Assembly: GCA_012295275.1 (NCBI GenBank)
Contig: CM022665.1
Coordinates: 19,096,001-19,160,000, forward strand
Source of the DNA: Chrysomallon squamiferum
Taxonomy: Eukaryota; Animalia; Mollusca
DNA length: 64,000 bases
Direction of reading: 5' to 3'
In this document: positions 44,048 to 57,193 of the stretch, one piece after another
Numbering within the stretch: the first letter of the stretch is position 1
Layout: the number at the start of each line of letters is the position of its first letter
The notes under the pieces: model-generated
Databases searched by the model: none
What the model was told of the DNA's origin: nothing
Seen by the model: only the letters and a program-made list of their open reading frames with translations
Translations under genes and position numbers: made by a program

Positions 44048-44122
44048 TCACCGGGTGTGTATAATAGTTTGTATATAAAAAAAGATATATAAATATATAT
44101 ATTATATATATCTGATTTTCAG

Positions 44123-44364
44123 GTGTCTTATATTTCGTAAGCTCAACTGTCAATCCAATTTTGTACAACCTGATGTCTAAAAAGTATCGCCAGGCGTTCA
44201 AACGGACTTTGTGTCGCTGTGTGAAAGGTTCAGCCTACGGACGCGACCTCAGCATGTTTCGCTCTACTCATTCGTGCGGAACATCAGTGACTGTTTACAG
44301 CAACCACAGACACGCTCAGACAAAGACCTTCACCGATTCAGAGATAGACAACTCACTTTTGTGA
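44123..44364 (+). CDS. PRXamide/pyrokinin/NMU-type GPCR, coding exon 4 (TM7, helix 8, C-tail, stop)
   Basis: Acceptor tgattttcag|GT. Encodes GVLYFVSSTVNPILYNLMSKKYRQAFKRTLCRC...NSLL* (NPxxY). The spliced CDS is 1314 nt = 437 aa + stop. Confidence 0.95.
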
Positions 44365-44401
44365 TACTCTCTACAGTTGTTATTCATTACCGGGGGTTTT
44401 T

Positions 44402-44402
<1 letters not shown>

Positions 44403-44496
<94 letters not shown>
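44403..44496. repeat. (GT)n microsatellite in the presumptive GPCR 3'UTR
   Basis: Directly visible. Confidence 0.97.
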
Positions 44497-44499
<3 letters not shown>

Positions 44500-44748
44500 T
44501 GGGGGGGGTTTGTTGTTGTTTTTTTATTATTATTATTTCTTATTTTATTATCACTACCCGTGATCATTTTGTATCACTACACGTTTTGTGATAGGATATG
44601 ACGCAGTGGTTGCAAGTTCAAACGACGTAATTTTTTTCTTTTCGTTTCTTTCTTTTTGTTACAATAGATTGATTTTGTTTATTGATAACTGTAATTGTTT
44701 TCCATTCGAATGTGTTAGTGTTTTCAAAAACAAGGCAGCAGTTATTAG

Positions 44749-44750
<2 letters not shown>

Positions 44751-44844
<94 letters not shown>

Positions 44845-44853
44845 ATATATATG

Positions 44854-44907
<54 letters not shown>

Positions 44908-44930
44908 TGTAAGTATATTTGTATATATGC
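44751..44930. repeat. (AT)n/(ATGT)n compound microsatellite
   Basis: Directly visible; explains the YI-repeat ORFs. Confidence 0.95.
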
Positions 44931-45171
44931 ATGTATACATATATTCATAAAATGATTATTGAGACATATTTGAAATAATATTATAAATCAGTTTTAGACG
45001 TTTTTGGTCTACTAATGATTCATGTTTATCTGATCATTCTTGACTGGAGAAGGTTTAAAGTTCATTATCAAAGACTAAAAGTTCAAAAGCCTTATTCAGT
45101 TTGTTAAAATTTAATTTAATTTAATTTAAATCTGCATTTAAAATGTATATCTAACTATCTATATCTATCTT

Positions 45172-45175
<4 letters not shown>

Positions 45176-45252
<77 letters not shown>
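45176..45252. repeat. (CT)n(AT)n microsatellite
   Basis: Directly visible. Confidence 0.95.
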
Positions 45253-45254
<2 letters not shown>

Positions 45255-45764
45255 TAATATTTGATAAATAATTATAATAATTATTATTATATTTACGAAA
45301 TTTACAAATAAAAAGATCGATTTATTTATTTATTTATTTATTTATTAAAGCATTCATTTGAGCTTGTGATTAGATAATAAGATGTACAATTTTTTCACCT
45401 GTAAAATTCTGTATCAGAATTTTCACCCTATTTACTCAGTTATTTTCATATTTTTTCTTGGTTTCGTTTTCTGTCATATTTATTTTATTTAACTGAAAAA
45501 TGACTCTTTTATTTATTTATTTATTTATTTAACTATTTTTTCTGGACTATTTCTTTATTTTATGACTTTTCCGAACAATCCTTTTTAATGTTTTAATTAA
45601 TTATATTGGCCTTGGTTTCCTGAAATATCCGTCCAGCTATAGTTAATGGTGCATCTTTTCTTTCTTGAAATGACTCCATCTTCCCCCCCCCCCAAAAAAA
45701 GAAAACAACAGCAACCATCAAACAAACAAACAAAAACAAACAACCCAACTACTACCATAGCTGG

Positions 45765-45802
<38 letters not shown>

Positions 45803-46337
45803 TTACATATATATACAAACGTACTTCATAACTACATGCATATATATATATATATATAGATACATACATACGTACTTCATACTTATAATCATCATGCATA
45901 TATACCATACGTACTCCATATATACATACTACATGCATGCGTACAGACACATACGTTCTTCATACAGATATAAAGGCATAAAGATACATATGTACTTTAT
46001 ACACAGATACATATGTATTTCATACACACAGAACACGTATCAGCAATTAAACACTAAAGAATTAACTTTGAATAATATATATTTGTAAATAACAAAATTA
46101 TGTATGGAAGTAAATTTTGTTTTTGATCAGTATCCGAAAATATAGAAATGGTTCTAATGATATTATCTTCTCACTATGTGGGGCAATAAAACTGAATATT
46201 TGCTTCATTTATGTTATAAATAAAATGTATGTTACTGTTCATATTATTATAAAATTATTGTTCAGTGTAACAGTTTCCGTTTGCTTTATTGTAAATAAAT
46301 GAAATAATCATTCTCCATTTGTTGTTTATTACTGAAC

Positions 46338-46381
<44 letters not shown>

Positions 46382-48705
46382 GTATTCGAATAATATCTGT
46401 CTTCAGAGCCCAAAATTGACGTCATAAACCCAAACACAAACGTTTTCACTGGAATGACTTACGTGTGAAACTATGTCTTGTCTTTCTGCATAATTTTGCT
46501 TGAGCAATATTTCTACACTCTACAGCTTCGATTATGAACGATCTGCATAAACAGTTTCTTTTTGGGGAAAATGACCTATTTTAATAATCAAATCAAGTTG
46601 CATTTTTTCTGCTAAGTGAAATTTGGAATTGCTTCTTAAGATATGTAGCAAAATAATATTATCATAATCTGAAGTAAATATACATATTGAATTTTAATCT
46701 GATGCAGTTTGAGGTAATTCTACAGAAGAGAACATGTTTAAAATCATCCCGTAAACACTGCACCTGATAGCGATTTGAATATGGATGACACTTGACCTTT
46801 GAACACGAGGTCAGGTGTCCGGAATCTCGGCATTTGATTGGCTTAAACCAATGTTTGCATAACTCACATCAGTCGAGGGCAGGGAAAGCATGCTTTCGTA
46901 ATGTTCCACTTAATTTGAACAGGAATGTTTTAGGACCGATAGTACTCTCAAATAATGATATTCATTAATTTACTAAAGAAATTTGAATAAGACGGGATAC
47001 AGGAAACATATATTTTACAATATACACAGAATAATTATAAATCAGCTGAGCTCTTATGAATAATCAAATTCTTTTATGAGTGATATAAATTTTGGTCAGG
47101 CATCTCCCTGGAATAATATTAGCGATGTTACCTGTGAAAAAAAACAATTGAAAATGATTCCCATTTTTCAAAATGACTCACGTCAAACTTAATTTTGGAC
47201 AGAATTGTACCACTTCACTAAATTTATTCATAGTGACACGAGTATTCATGTTGTTAAAGTATCCTGCTAGAAATAATTTAGGACCGACTGAACCTCCAGA
47301 ATATGCTCTCATTAAGTATCTACAGTGATTTGAAGAGAGGGGCGATCAAATACATGATTTTTTTCATTTCAGAAATAATCACTTCATGAAATAAGGAAGT
47401 ACGTGTCTATATGGTCTCTCTGTCATGAATGGATAAATTAATTTTAGCAGTTTACCAGGACTGGTAGTATTGACATTTCTCTTTGGTTTAAATCAGTGTA
47501 TTGGATCTCATTTCAGCGACTAATTCTGGTTTGTTGTTTGTAGATTCTAATAAAAAAAAAATTAAAAAAAAATGAAAAACCATTCTGCTTTGCATAAACT
47601 CAGAATAAGAATCAGAATGGCTGTCATTACAAACTAGAAGCAACAGTTTTGCGAGTCTTAACTGATGAAACATCTAATAACTGCTAGGTTTATGTTATAA
47701 AATATATATCTATATATATATTTGTACCCAGTCTCTTTAAATCGCTCTAGAAAATTAGTGATATCATAATTTGAAACTAATATCGGTCCCAAAAGATTCC
47801 TGAGATGATGCTCAAACTAAATCTCTTCTGAAATCATTCTTTAGAATTAATTTCTCTTGTATTATGAACGATTTTACATAATAAAATGCTGTTTTACTGT
47901 ATTTATTAATCTGTTGTTTGCTTATTATATTTAGTGTAGCCCATGCTATAGCTAAAACATTAAGAATATTATCACTCATTTTAACATTTTCATCACACAC
48001 CTCCTGGTCACAGTCTTTTTTTTTTTCTCTTTTTTTTTTGTTGTTGAAAAAACCAGTCGAAATTAATTCCTATTATTAGCGACTGTTAATTAGTCATAAA
48101 ATACTTAATATAAAATGTTAGGAGGCCTTTTTCTGGTATCAGTGGAATGGTTTTTAACATCATAGGAGATTATTCCCATAGACAGAGAAGCCCTGCCAAG
48201 AATAGGAAATAGCCCAATATGAATTAGACTTTTAAACCAAAGTAATTAATTACACAGAGATTATCACCTAGGACTGAGATAATCATTGGTTCTGCATCGC
48301 TTTGAACAAATCGTTTTATTTATATTTTTTGTGCATTTGGCGGGGGTTTGTTTGTTTTGTTTTACCACTTTATTTCTAACTGAAAGGAAACTCTGAGTTC
48401 ACATTCAGTTAGCGTGCAGTTGCTCGACATGTGTAGACATATGATAGTATTCGTGTTGTCTCTGCCATTATTTCATTAAGTTATACTTTACAGCCACCTG
48501 CTTTTAACTCGTGATATTTCTATGTTACCTTGTTCCTTGTGGAAACTCGATCTCTTTGTACCTTGTCAAAGTTTAGAATTTTTTATAATTTCATTTTATT
48601 TTATTTATTTATTTAATTATTTACGCTTTTTTATTACATTGTTTTAATTATAATTGAATTAGCGAGTTTGAAATAATAATAATAATAGTAATAATAATAA
48701 TAATA

Positions 48706-48750
<45 letters not shown>

Positions 48751-50440
48751 ATACAGTGAAATCTTTATATTTTAGTTACTAATAATGGTTTTAATAATAA
48801 CAACAACAGCAACAGCAACAATCATTTGTTTCTGCTGTATGTCTTATAACATATTCCTTCGCTTGTGAAGGTGGGATATACTAGAGTGGATACATACACA
48901 CATACATTATACATATATACACATACCAATAAACATATATCTATCTATCTATCTATCTATCTATATATATATATATATATTACAACCAAAACTGTTTACA
49001 AACAGAGCTTACAGCATTTGCAAATCGCTTTACGCTTTCATTTGTTTAAAATATTTCACATGAAGATGTGTTATTAACAAATATCATTAACGTGTTGACT
49101 AGAGATTTCTATTGAGAAAGTCACGCCATTCTGTAAGTCATATCCTCCATCAGTTCGTCCTATTTGTTATTCGAGTTAGTTGAGTGTCCCAGTCTCTGGG
49201 TCCTTATGTGCCTAAGGATATCTCTAAGGGAGGTGGCAAGAAGGTCAAGTTGTCGTTGGCCCTGTTTGTCACAATCAGAAGTACAGGAACATACACCACT
49301 GACTCAGACAATAAGTCAGAAAACTAATCCGTGTTTTTCTTCTCTGAAATTTGCATTGCCGAGTCCTGCCTCTCCACGTGACACTACCCGACAAAAGAAG
49401 GTTGTTATTTAATGCACTAGCTAATATCACTTTGTATTCGGGGAGAAATGAACGTGTTTTGCTTTTTGATTTCATTAGTTCTGCAGTTTTACAATCGTTG
49501 TTTACGTTCACCTTTTCAATTATAGTAATTAGTTCTTGACGACAGTTATGTAATTTTTATATAGCTGTATTGTGTATGCTGTAATACTTTATGCAAAGAA
49601 CATTCTTCGGATGATAATGTCAATGTTTTGTATTAAACACTGCGGAGTAGGGTGGAAAATTATAGTGGTTAGAACTGGAATTCCAGAGTACGTTTAGTGT
49701 TGACGTACATTTTCTGTTACGAGATGGTCTTTAAATCACGTCGACTATTCGGCTTATTAAGCCAAGAAGAATACAACAAATATTCACAAGCCCCATGTGT
49801 ATTGCAATAAAACGGATTGTCAGGATTATATTTCACAAAAACTGAAAATGTTTACTGTTATTTCAGACATATCACATTACATAGCAGACTTTTAAACATT
49901 AATTAAAAGTTTTTATATATTTTATTTTATTATATTTATGTATATAAAGAAAGAAATAAAGATATAATGAATTAATGAAAATATTAACGAATGAATTTCA
50001 AATCAGTTCAAAGAAATAATTTATGCTTTCGATTTTTAAAAACACTGATAAACAATAACAGCAGTGACTACTTAATTCAAATGAACCGTATTCAATTAAC
50101 TAAGCAACCATGTACGTTACTGACCCATTTCTTGAGATACAAGTTATATTTGCAACTGCACAAAATTCTGAAATCATCTAATGTAACTCATTAACGAACT
50201 TCACATTTTTGTTCTTAATACCAGTCTCGCAGTATTACATCTGAAAAACTCCACATAATCCTCATAATATGTATTGTTTATTTTACGGTCACTGCTCACT
50301 TAAACATTTTCTTGTACCATTTCTTTTATCAAGAACTTACCCTGTGGCCGTCTTTGCATTTTGATGCTGTCTAACCTGACAAAGGACGTGGTCCACTTTC
50401 ATCAATAATTATTTCAATAAAGATCTTTTGTCATTACAAT

Positions 50441-50661
50441 TAGGGGGCGCCACCTTTCGTGAATGTCTTTCCGATTCGTCGGTTGTATAAACCCGAACAT
50501 CATCAAATCGTTCACACATCTTTCATGAGCTCAGATTAGTTAATTGTCGCAATTTGTTAAAACAGCCACGTTTCAATAGTTTAAAAATATCGTCAAAGAA
50601 GTGAGAAATACTAATTTATTTTCAAACAGTTTCCCGAGATTGTATTTCGTTTCCAGTTTAG
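50441..50661 (+). promoter_or_regulatory. Candidate promoter and non-coding first exon of the ASCL gene
   Basis: GC-rich GGGGGCGCC at ~50443, TATAAA at 50486-50491 and Inr-like TTCACAC ~25 nt downstream. Strong donor AG|GTAAGC at 50661/50662; matching acceptor tttttag ends at 52547, 60 nt before the ATG. Confidence 0.45.
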
Positions 50662-52242
50662 GTAAGCGCTTAATTAGTTTCTTCTGGTAGTAATTGTGTT
50701 AATTTTGACGCCAAGAAATCAGTCTTTGTATTATTTAAAAGACGTCCATGTCTTAATTGTATGTGTTTTCATTATAGATTAAATTTTCTGTTATTATTTA
50801 TTAGTAAGCTTAAATAATACGTCATTAGAAAGACGGTGTTTTCTTCTTCTTCTTCTTCTTCTTATTATTATTATCATTATTATTATTATTATTATCATCA
50901 TCATCATCATGAACATTATCATTATATGTATTATGAATTAAAAACTAGATTATTTATGTGTCTCATTTTGTAAAGTATAGATTTTTTTTCCCGTAATTAT
51001 GATATACATTTACTAAGCTTTTATTTTATTTTATTTTATTTTATTTTATCCTATTTTATTTATTTATTTATTTATTTATAGATATCTGGCTAATTATTAT
51101 TGTCAGTCCTTTTTGTTTTTAATTATATGGATTTAACCTTTTGTTTTATTTTTAAATTAATAAGGAAAAACTAAGTACAAATTAATCGAAAAATAATTTT
51201 AAAAGAACAACAAAAAAAACAAACGAGGAAATAAATGAATTTTGTCTTTTCCCTACTTTTTAATTAATATATTTATATGATTCATTCCAGGTTTTATACG
51301 ATTAAATAATAATAATAAATAAATAAATAAGGAAAGAAAGAAAGAAAGAAACTGTTAATTAAATAAATATAATAATAGAAATATATTGAAATTATTATGG
51401 TGAGCTAAACGAATATTTATAAAAAGTTATGAACTATTTATTAATCACAACTAAAGAATTACTATGTTCTTAATTATAAAAGCAGTGATAAATTCTTTGA
51501 TAATAATAATAATAATAATAATTATTATTATTATTATTATTATTATTATTTTTTTATTTTTTTATTTTTTTTTATTTATTAGTAATTTAAAACGCCTTGT
51601 TAAACAAAATAACCACAATATGGTATAAAATGTTTTTATTGTTGAGTAAATAAAATCATGAAAAATATTTTTATTATCATAATTACGAATGTCTATGGGA
51701 TAAGAAACTGGGTCAATTTATATAGATAGATAGATATTTAAATGTTTCACAGAATTTACTTCACTTTGCTGAGCGAAAAACACATACACAGTTCACTGGT
51801 ACCAAAAGAATGAAAACATATATATATATTTTTTATTGGGTTTTTTTCAACTAAAATTCACGTTTTAATACTTTTAAAAAAACAATCCATCCAAAATATC
51901 AAATTTAATTATATGGATCATTATTTATATAATAATAATAATTATTATTATTAGTAGTAGTAGTAGTAGTAGAAGTAATAGTATTTATTTATTTATGTAT
52001 GTGTGTTTGTGTGTGTGTGTTTGTGTGTGTGTGCGTGTGTGCGTGTGTGTGTGTGTGTGTTAGAGTTGTATGTCCTAGGTTTTCCGGAAATTTTACATAC
52101 TTTTTATAGCATGACAAATAATTCATAATGAGAGTTAAAGACAGAAGAGTAATAATCCAAATGAGAATAGATATTTTTTTTTATTACTGTTATATATAAG
52201 AAATTCTTCATCATCATCGTTATTATTATTATTATTATTATG

Positions 52243-52290
<48 letters not shown>

Positions 52291-52607
52291 GCTATATGTT
52301 TATTAACTAGCTATTATTTGCATAATATATTTATAGCGAACATTTTTCATTCCTTAAAAATGTCCCTTCATCCTTCTCTTTCGTTACTTTTGCCAAGCAA
52401 ATCAAAGAGCATCATTATAATCATCGTTATTAGTTTCGTTTCATTTATTTATTTATTTATTTATTTATTTATATTGTTGTTGCTGTTTATTGCTGCTTCT
52501 GCTATTGTTGCTATTACTCTTCATTCCTTTTTTCTTATTATTTTTAGGTCATCTTTATTTATTTCTTTATGTGTTTTGCCCGTTTTCACCAATAATAACT
52601 GGAAAAC

Positions 52608-53177
52608 ATGCATCATCATCATCAGCATCAGCATCATCAACATCATCAGCGCAGTGGGTTCACGGACACGGTGCGAATCTCGTCGCCGACGTGCGAGGAC
52701 TTGGGAATTCCGACGGAAGCTGAGGACCTCATGTTCAGCTTCTGCCGCCAGAAGAAAATCCAGAATCCTGGACTTCACTTCAACGGACTTCGTTACGAAG
52801 TGGACAAATCGAACCCTTTCTCCTCGTACAGCATGATTCCCTTGCCTGCGCATTTTCTCATAGAACCTGGACTCGAACCAGCGTTCATCCGAAAACGAAA
52901 TGAGAGAGAACGAGAGAGAGTTCGGTGTGTAAACGACGGGTATGAGAAACTGAAAGACCATCTTCCAATTGAGAACAAAGACAGGAGAATCAGCAAGGTG
53001 GAAACTCTAAGAACAGCCATTAGATACATCAGACATTTGAAAGCTTTGTTAGAAGAAAATGATAGCGTTCATGATGGGAAAATGAACGGTAATTTCACTG
53101 CTAGGAAAAGAAAAATGGATCCTTCTGAAAATCACGAGAAAAGTGCCAAAAAAATCGAGAAGAAAGATTTGCGATAA
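52608..53177 (+). CDS. ASCL: Achaete-scute family bHLH transcription factor, ASCL3/4/5-like (ASCb), 189 aa
   Basis: EPAFIRKRNERERERVRCVNDGYEKLKDHLPIENKDRRISKVETLRTAIRYIRHLKALL. The EPAFIRKRNERER..VxCVNxGY pattern is characteristic of the ASCL3/4/5 group. Good Kozak context (aaaacATG). AATAAA at 53428 and ~53835. Confidence 0.95.
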   Translation: MHHHHQHQHHQHHQRSGFTDTVRISSPTCEDLGIPTEAEDLMFSFCRQKKIQNPGLHFNGLRYEVDKSNPFSSYSMIPLPAHFLIEPGLEPAFIRKRNERERERVRCVNDGYEKLKDHLPIENKDRRISKVETLRTAIRYIRHLKALLEENDSVHDGKMNGNFTARKRKMDPSENHEKSAKKIEKKDLR

Positions 53178-53555
53178 AGGCAAGGAAATAACTTTATTTA
53201 GCGTGCAGTATGTTTTTAATAAGCTCAAGATGTAGCACATTGTTACTAGTGTAGCTTATAATTCTAAAAAGTGCTATAGGTGTTTTGCTAACTGGGTTGT
53301 ACTGTGTTTTCAGGTTTAGTGAAACATTTTATGCTTTCGATATAATTATTAAACAAAGGGTGATATCGATATTTAGTTTTAGTTGTATTTCAATTCATTT
53401 AACTCCACATATAAAGTAAAACTGATTAATAAATCAATGTTTTGAAGAAAAGTTAATTATATTTAAATATGTTTGCGTTTGTGCGAATATACGTTTAATT
53501 TTTGTTCTCATTTTTTTCATTTTTTATTTCATATTATTATTAATAATAATAAAAA

Positions 53556-53599
<44 letters not shown>

Positions 53600-54636
53600 T
53601 ATTTTATTTTATTTATTTATTTATTTTTATTTATTTTTTTTGTGAAGGGGGCGTGTTTATGTGCCACTAGGGGCGTGGTTGTGATGCGAAGCTTGTGGGA
53701 GTTTTCATTCGATTATTTAAACCAGTGGTTTATCGAATTAATATAAAAACGCAGATATATGTGCGCTTCATTTATTTACATTTACATCCACTATTTTGTG
53801 CAATATATATTAACACTATATTTTATTTTTTATTAATAAATAAACAATTTTGTTGCTTGTGATTTCCTCATTATTTACTTTGTTAATGTTGGTTTTATTC
53901 ATTTTGCACTAAATATCATCATCATAATTACTGCTACTGCTGCTACTACAACTACTACTAAAACTACTACTGCTACTATTATTACCACTGCCTTTATTAC
54001 TAATTCTATTATTAATACCAAAAAATGCAAGTATTTTTGATGTTTATGAATGCTGATTCGAAGTGGACACATTGCATATCGTTCGCTAACATCCGTATTG
54101 TTTTTATACTCAGCTCAGAACATAATACCACATTTAATCCGGCACACGTGAATCTAAAAACTCCAAGTGACATAAATTATTATTTTAGTTTCTCTCGTTA
54201 CATGCTTCATATCTTTATTAACGACCATCGGTTCAAGAGGTTTATAACTGTCCACTTCAGCCAGAAACGAGATACCAGCCAATCGGTTTGAAGAATGTTG
54301 GGCGCGTGCACTGCACACGTATACGTGACGTAGTCCATAACACATTCGTGGTCAATTGCTGACTGTCAACCAGGGAAGACGATTGCACACCTGTCCTAGA
54401 AAAAGTGGCTAAGCATCTCGTATTTCTAATAGAAATTGATTGTGTTTGTCTGTGTCAACATCTCCGGCAAAAACAGTGACGAAGTTATCAGGAACTAGAT
54501 TTTCTCCCTCCCTCTAAGCAGACGATGTGTCTGAACTTACGAGACTGATAATAGTTATTAATGTTTTCTATTGAATAATCGATGTAACGTAACGGAACAT
54601 TCTTCTTTCTCTTCTCAGACTTTCTTCGTCTTCATA

Positions 54637-54640
<4 letters not shown>

Positions 54641-54707
<67 letters not shown>
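54641..54707. repeat. (CT)n microsatellite
   Basis: Directly visible. Confidence 0.97.
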
Positions 54708-54711
<4 letters not shown>

Positions 54712-54827
54712 GCAAAGCAAACAATAAATTCTTACCAATCTTCATCCTTTATTTAGAGTTCAGTCATGAATAACAGCTTGAATGACTACAATCCAAACCT
54801 GAAAATGAAAATGAAAAAAAAAAAAAA

Positions 54828-54879
<52 letters not shown>

Positions 54880-55249
54880 AATAATAATAATAAATAAATA
54901 AATAAATAAATAAAAGTATCTTGATAATCATAAATAGATACCGGTACGTAAATTTTCAAAACACAAGAACTTACCCATTATATCACTTTGTAAAGACGTT
55001 ATTTCATAGATTATAGATCGATTAGTTGTTTAAATTTCTTCTGCTTTTCTCAGAAGATTAAATGTCATAATGCTATGATTTTTCTACCTTGGTTTATAAT
55101 AATAATTTTTGTTTATAAAATAAAGTTTACAAATGTCTCTTAGGTAGTATGTTAATATGAATGAGTACATTTGAAACTATAATAATAAGGATGATAATAA
55201 CAACAACAACAACAACAAACAACAACAACAACAACAATAATACTAATAA

Positions 55250-55296
<47 letters not shown>

Positions 55297-55755
55297 TTGA
55301 AATCCATAAGTATGTCTTTTGAAGATACGTCTGTTATTAAGTTATAAACGTCAGAAACTCTATGAAATTTAATCTTTATAATCTTTATATAATATCTAGC
55401 TAATATGACATTAACATAAAAGTTTCCTGTATAAGGTAAGATAAATATTACAAAACGTATCTGCAGATAATCCACGAGGTGTACAAATGTCACTTAAAGT
55501 GTGGGATTTAGCAGCATTATATTTCCATATTTGTTTTTTGATCATGCTTAAGTGTTCCCATTAGCGTGTCATTAATGAGTTGTTGAAAAGAAAACATTAT
55601 CACAAGACTGTGTAAGTTACGCACTGTCAAGTCGCCATTCTTTATAAAGCATGTGAACTCGTCTTTGTAGTTTTCCAGCGCTTGCCAAAGGCGACATTTG
55701 ACAACTGCCATAATAGGGAAATGGCTCATGGCGCTCTATGTTGTATTGCTATTAT

Positions 55756-55757
<2 letters not shown>

Positions 55758-55839
<82 letters not shown>

Positions 55840-55881
55840 ACATAGATACATACATTCATATATATATATATATATATATAT
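55758..55881. repeat. (CT)n and (AT)n microsatellites
   Basis: Directly visible. Confidence 0.95.
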
Positions 55882-57091
55882 AAAATGGACACAAAACAAA
55901 ACATCGATTAATTAGCTTTCCTAAATATAGAAAAGTGTAGCAATTAGAAAAATTAATAAATAGTAAAGACTTGTTTTTTTCTCCTAAGCTTAAATGTTGA
56001 AAGACTTAACATTCCAACATTCGTTAATTCTATACGCTAACATTTCATTCTGGAAAGCTTTCATCTCTAAATCCTACTATGAAGATACGGGAGTGTTTAC
56101 ATATTAACGTACACACATTTTGTTCGACGTATACTAAGATAGCTGTAAATGCTGTTAAACCATTCAACTATGCGATAAATTAACAAAACTGTTTTCATTT
56201 AGTTTCAATAAAAAAAGTAACTAACAATCACCTGATCCCTACCAAGTATGCTACCATTTCATAACTCGTGATTTACTGGCTTATTATTTCTGCATGACTT
56301 CAAACTAGTGTTGTCTTGTTGGTGTGGTCAGACTCTTTTCTTTGGTTTTGCTTTAATACCATTACAAAAGTCTAGACATAATATCCGAAGAATGCTGGGT
56401 CTAAATAACTATTGCAAATATTACATACTAGTATATTAATGTTTATAAATATTACATCAATATCGCGGTCGTATATTTTTATTGCTTAATATTTGCTTAA
56501 ATCTGTTATTGCTTTGTGACGCAATGCAAGTAATACCGATATAATAGTATTTTATATTAGTAGTATTAGTGTATCAGAATGTACAATCTAAATACTTATA
56601 TACAAACACGCACACGTACACACATACATGCTTACGTATACGCATACAAACACAATCGCACGCAATCCTAAATATCAAAATGCATATGTTCAAATCATGA
56701 TTATATTGTCCCAGATTTATTACGAAAAAAAAAATGTCTTCAGAGGAAGCATATCACAATGTTTCATTGTCAGTAAGAGTACTTTGATACAGACAAAAAA
56801 TAATTTACCACTGTATTCGATAGACCAGTCACTGGCACGGGATGGGATAGGAAAATATTCAGTAGTACGCCAAGATGACTCGATCATACACGAAGCTATG
56901 TAACTAAATCAACCAGTTATTGAATGCGCCGAATGAAAACACATGTCAGATCAGAATGTAATACATCCGTTCTCTTTACGTAACAGTCGTCTTTCTCTTC
57001 CGAGCTATTTTAGTGGTCATTACTCCATCCAGATTATTAATTAAATACTCGAACTCATTTAGATTTCTCTTGCTAAAGACAAACTATTTTT

Positions 57092-57193
<102 letters not shown>

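Noticed and set aside
44588-44950. ORFs with YI/CV/SL/ER/HT dipeptide or poly-I/L/N runs, here and across the window
   Set aside because: Translations of microsatellites
46789-46855. TGACCTTTGAAC / AGGTCA nuclear-receptor-like sites and a CCAAT pair
   Set aside because: Short motifs, common in repeats, and no linked transcription start is evident
52240-53029. Long overlapping ORFs 52240-52836(+), 52521-52961(-), 52793-53029(-)
   Set aside because: Shadow frames of the ASCL CDS extended by ATT repeats; no recognisable domain
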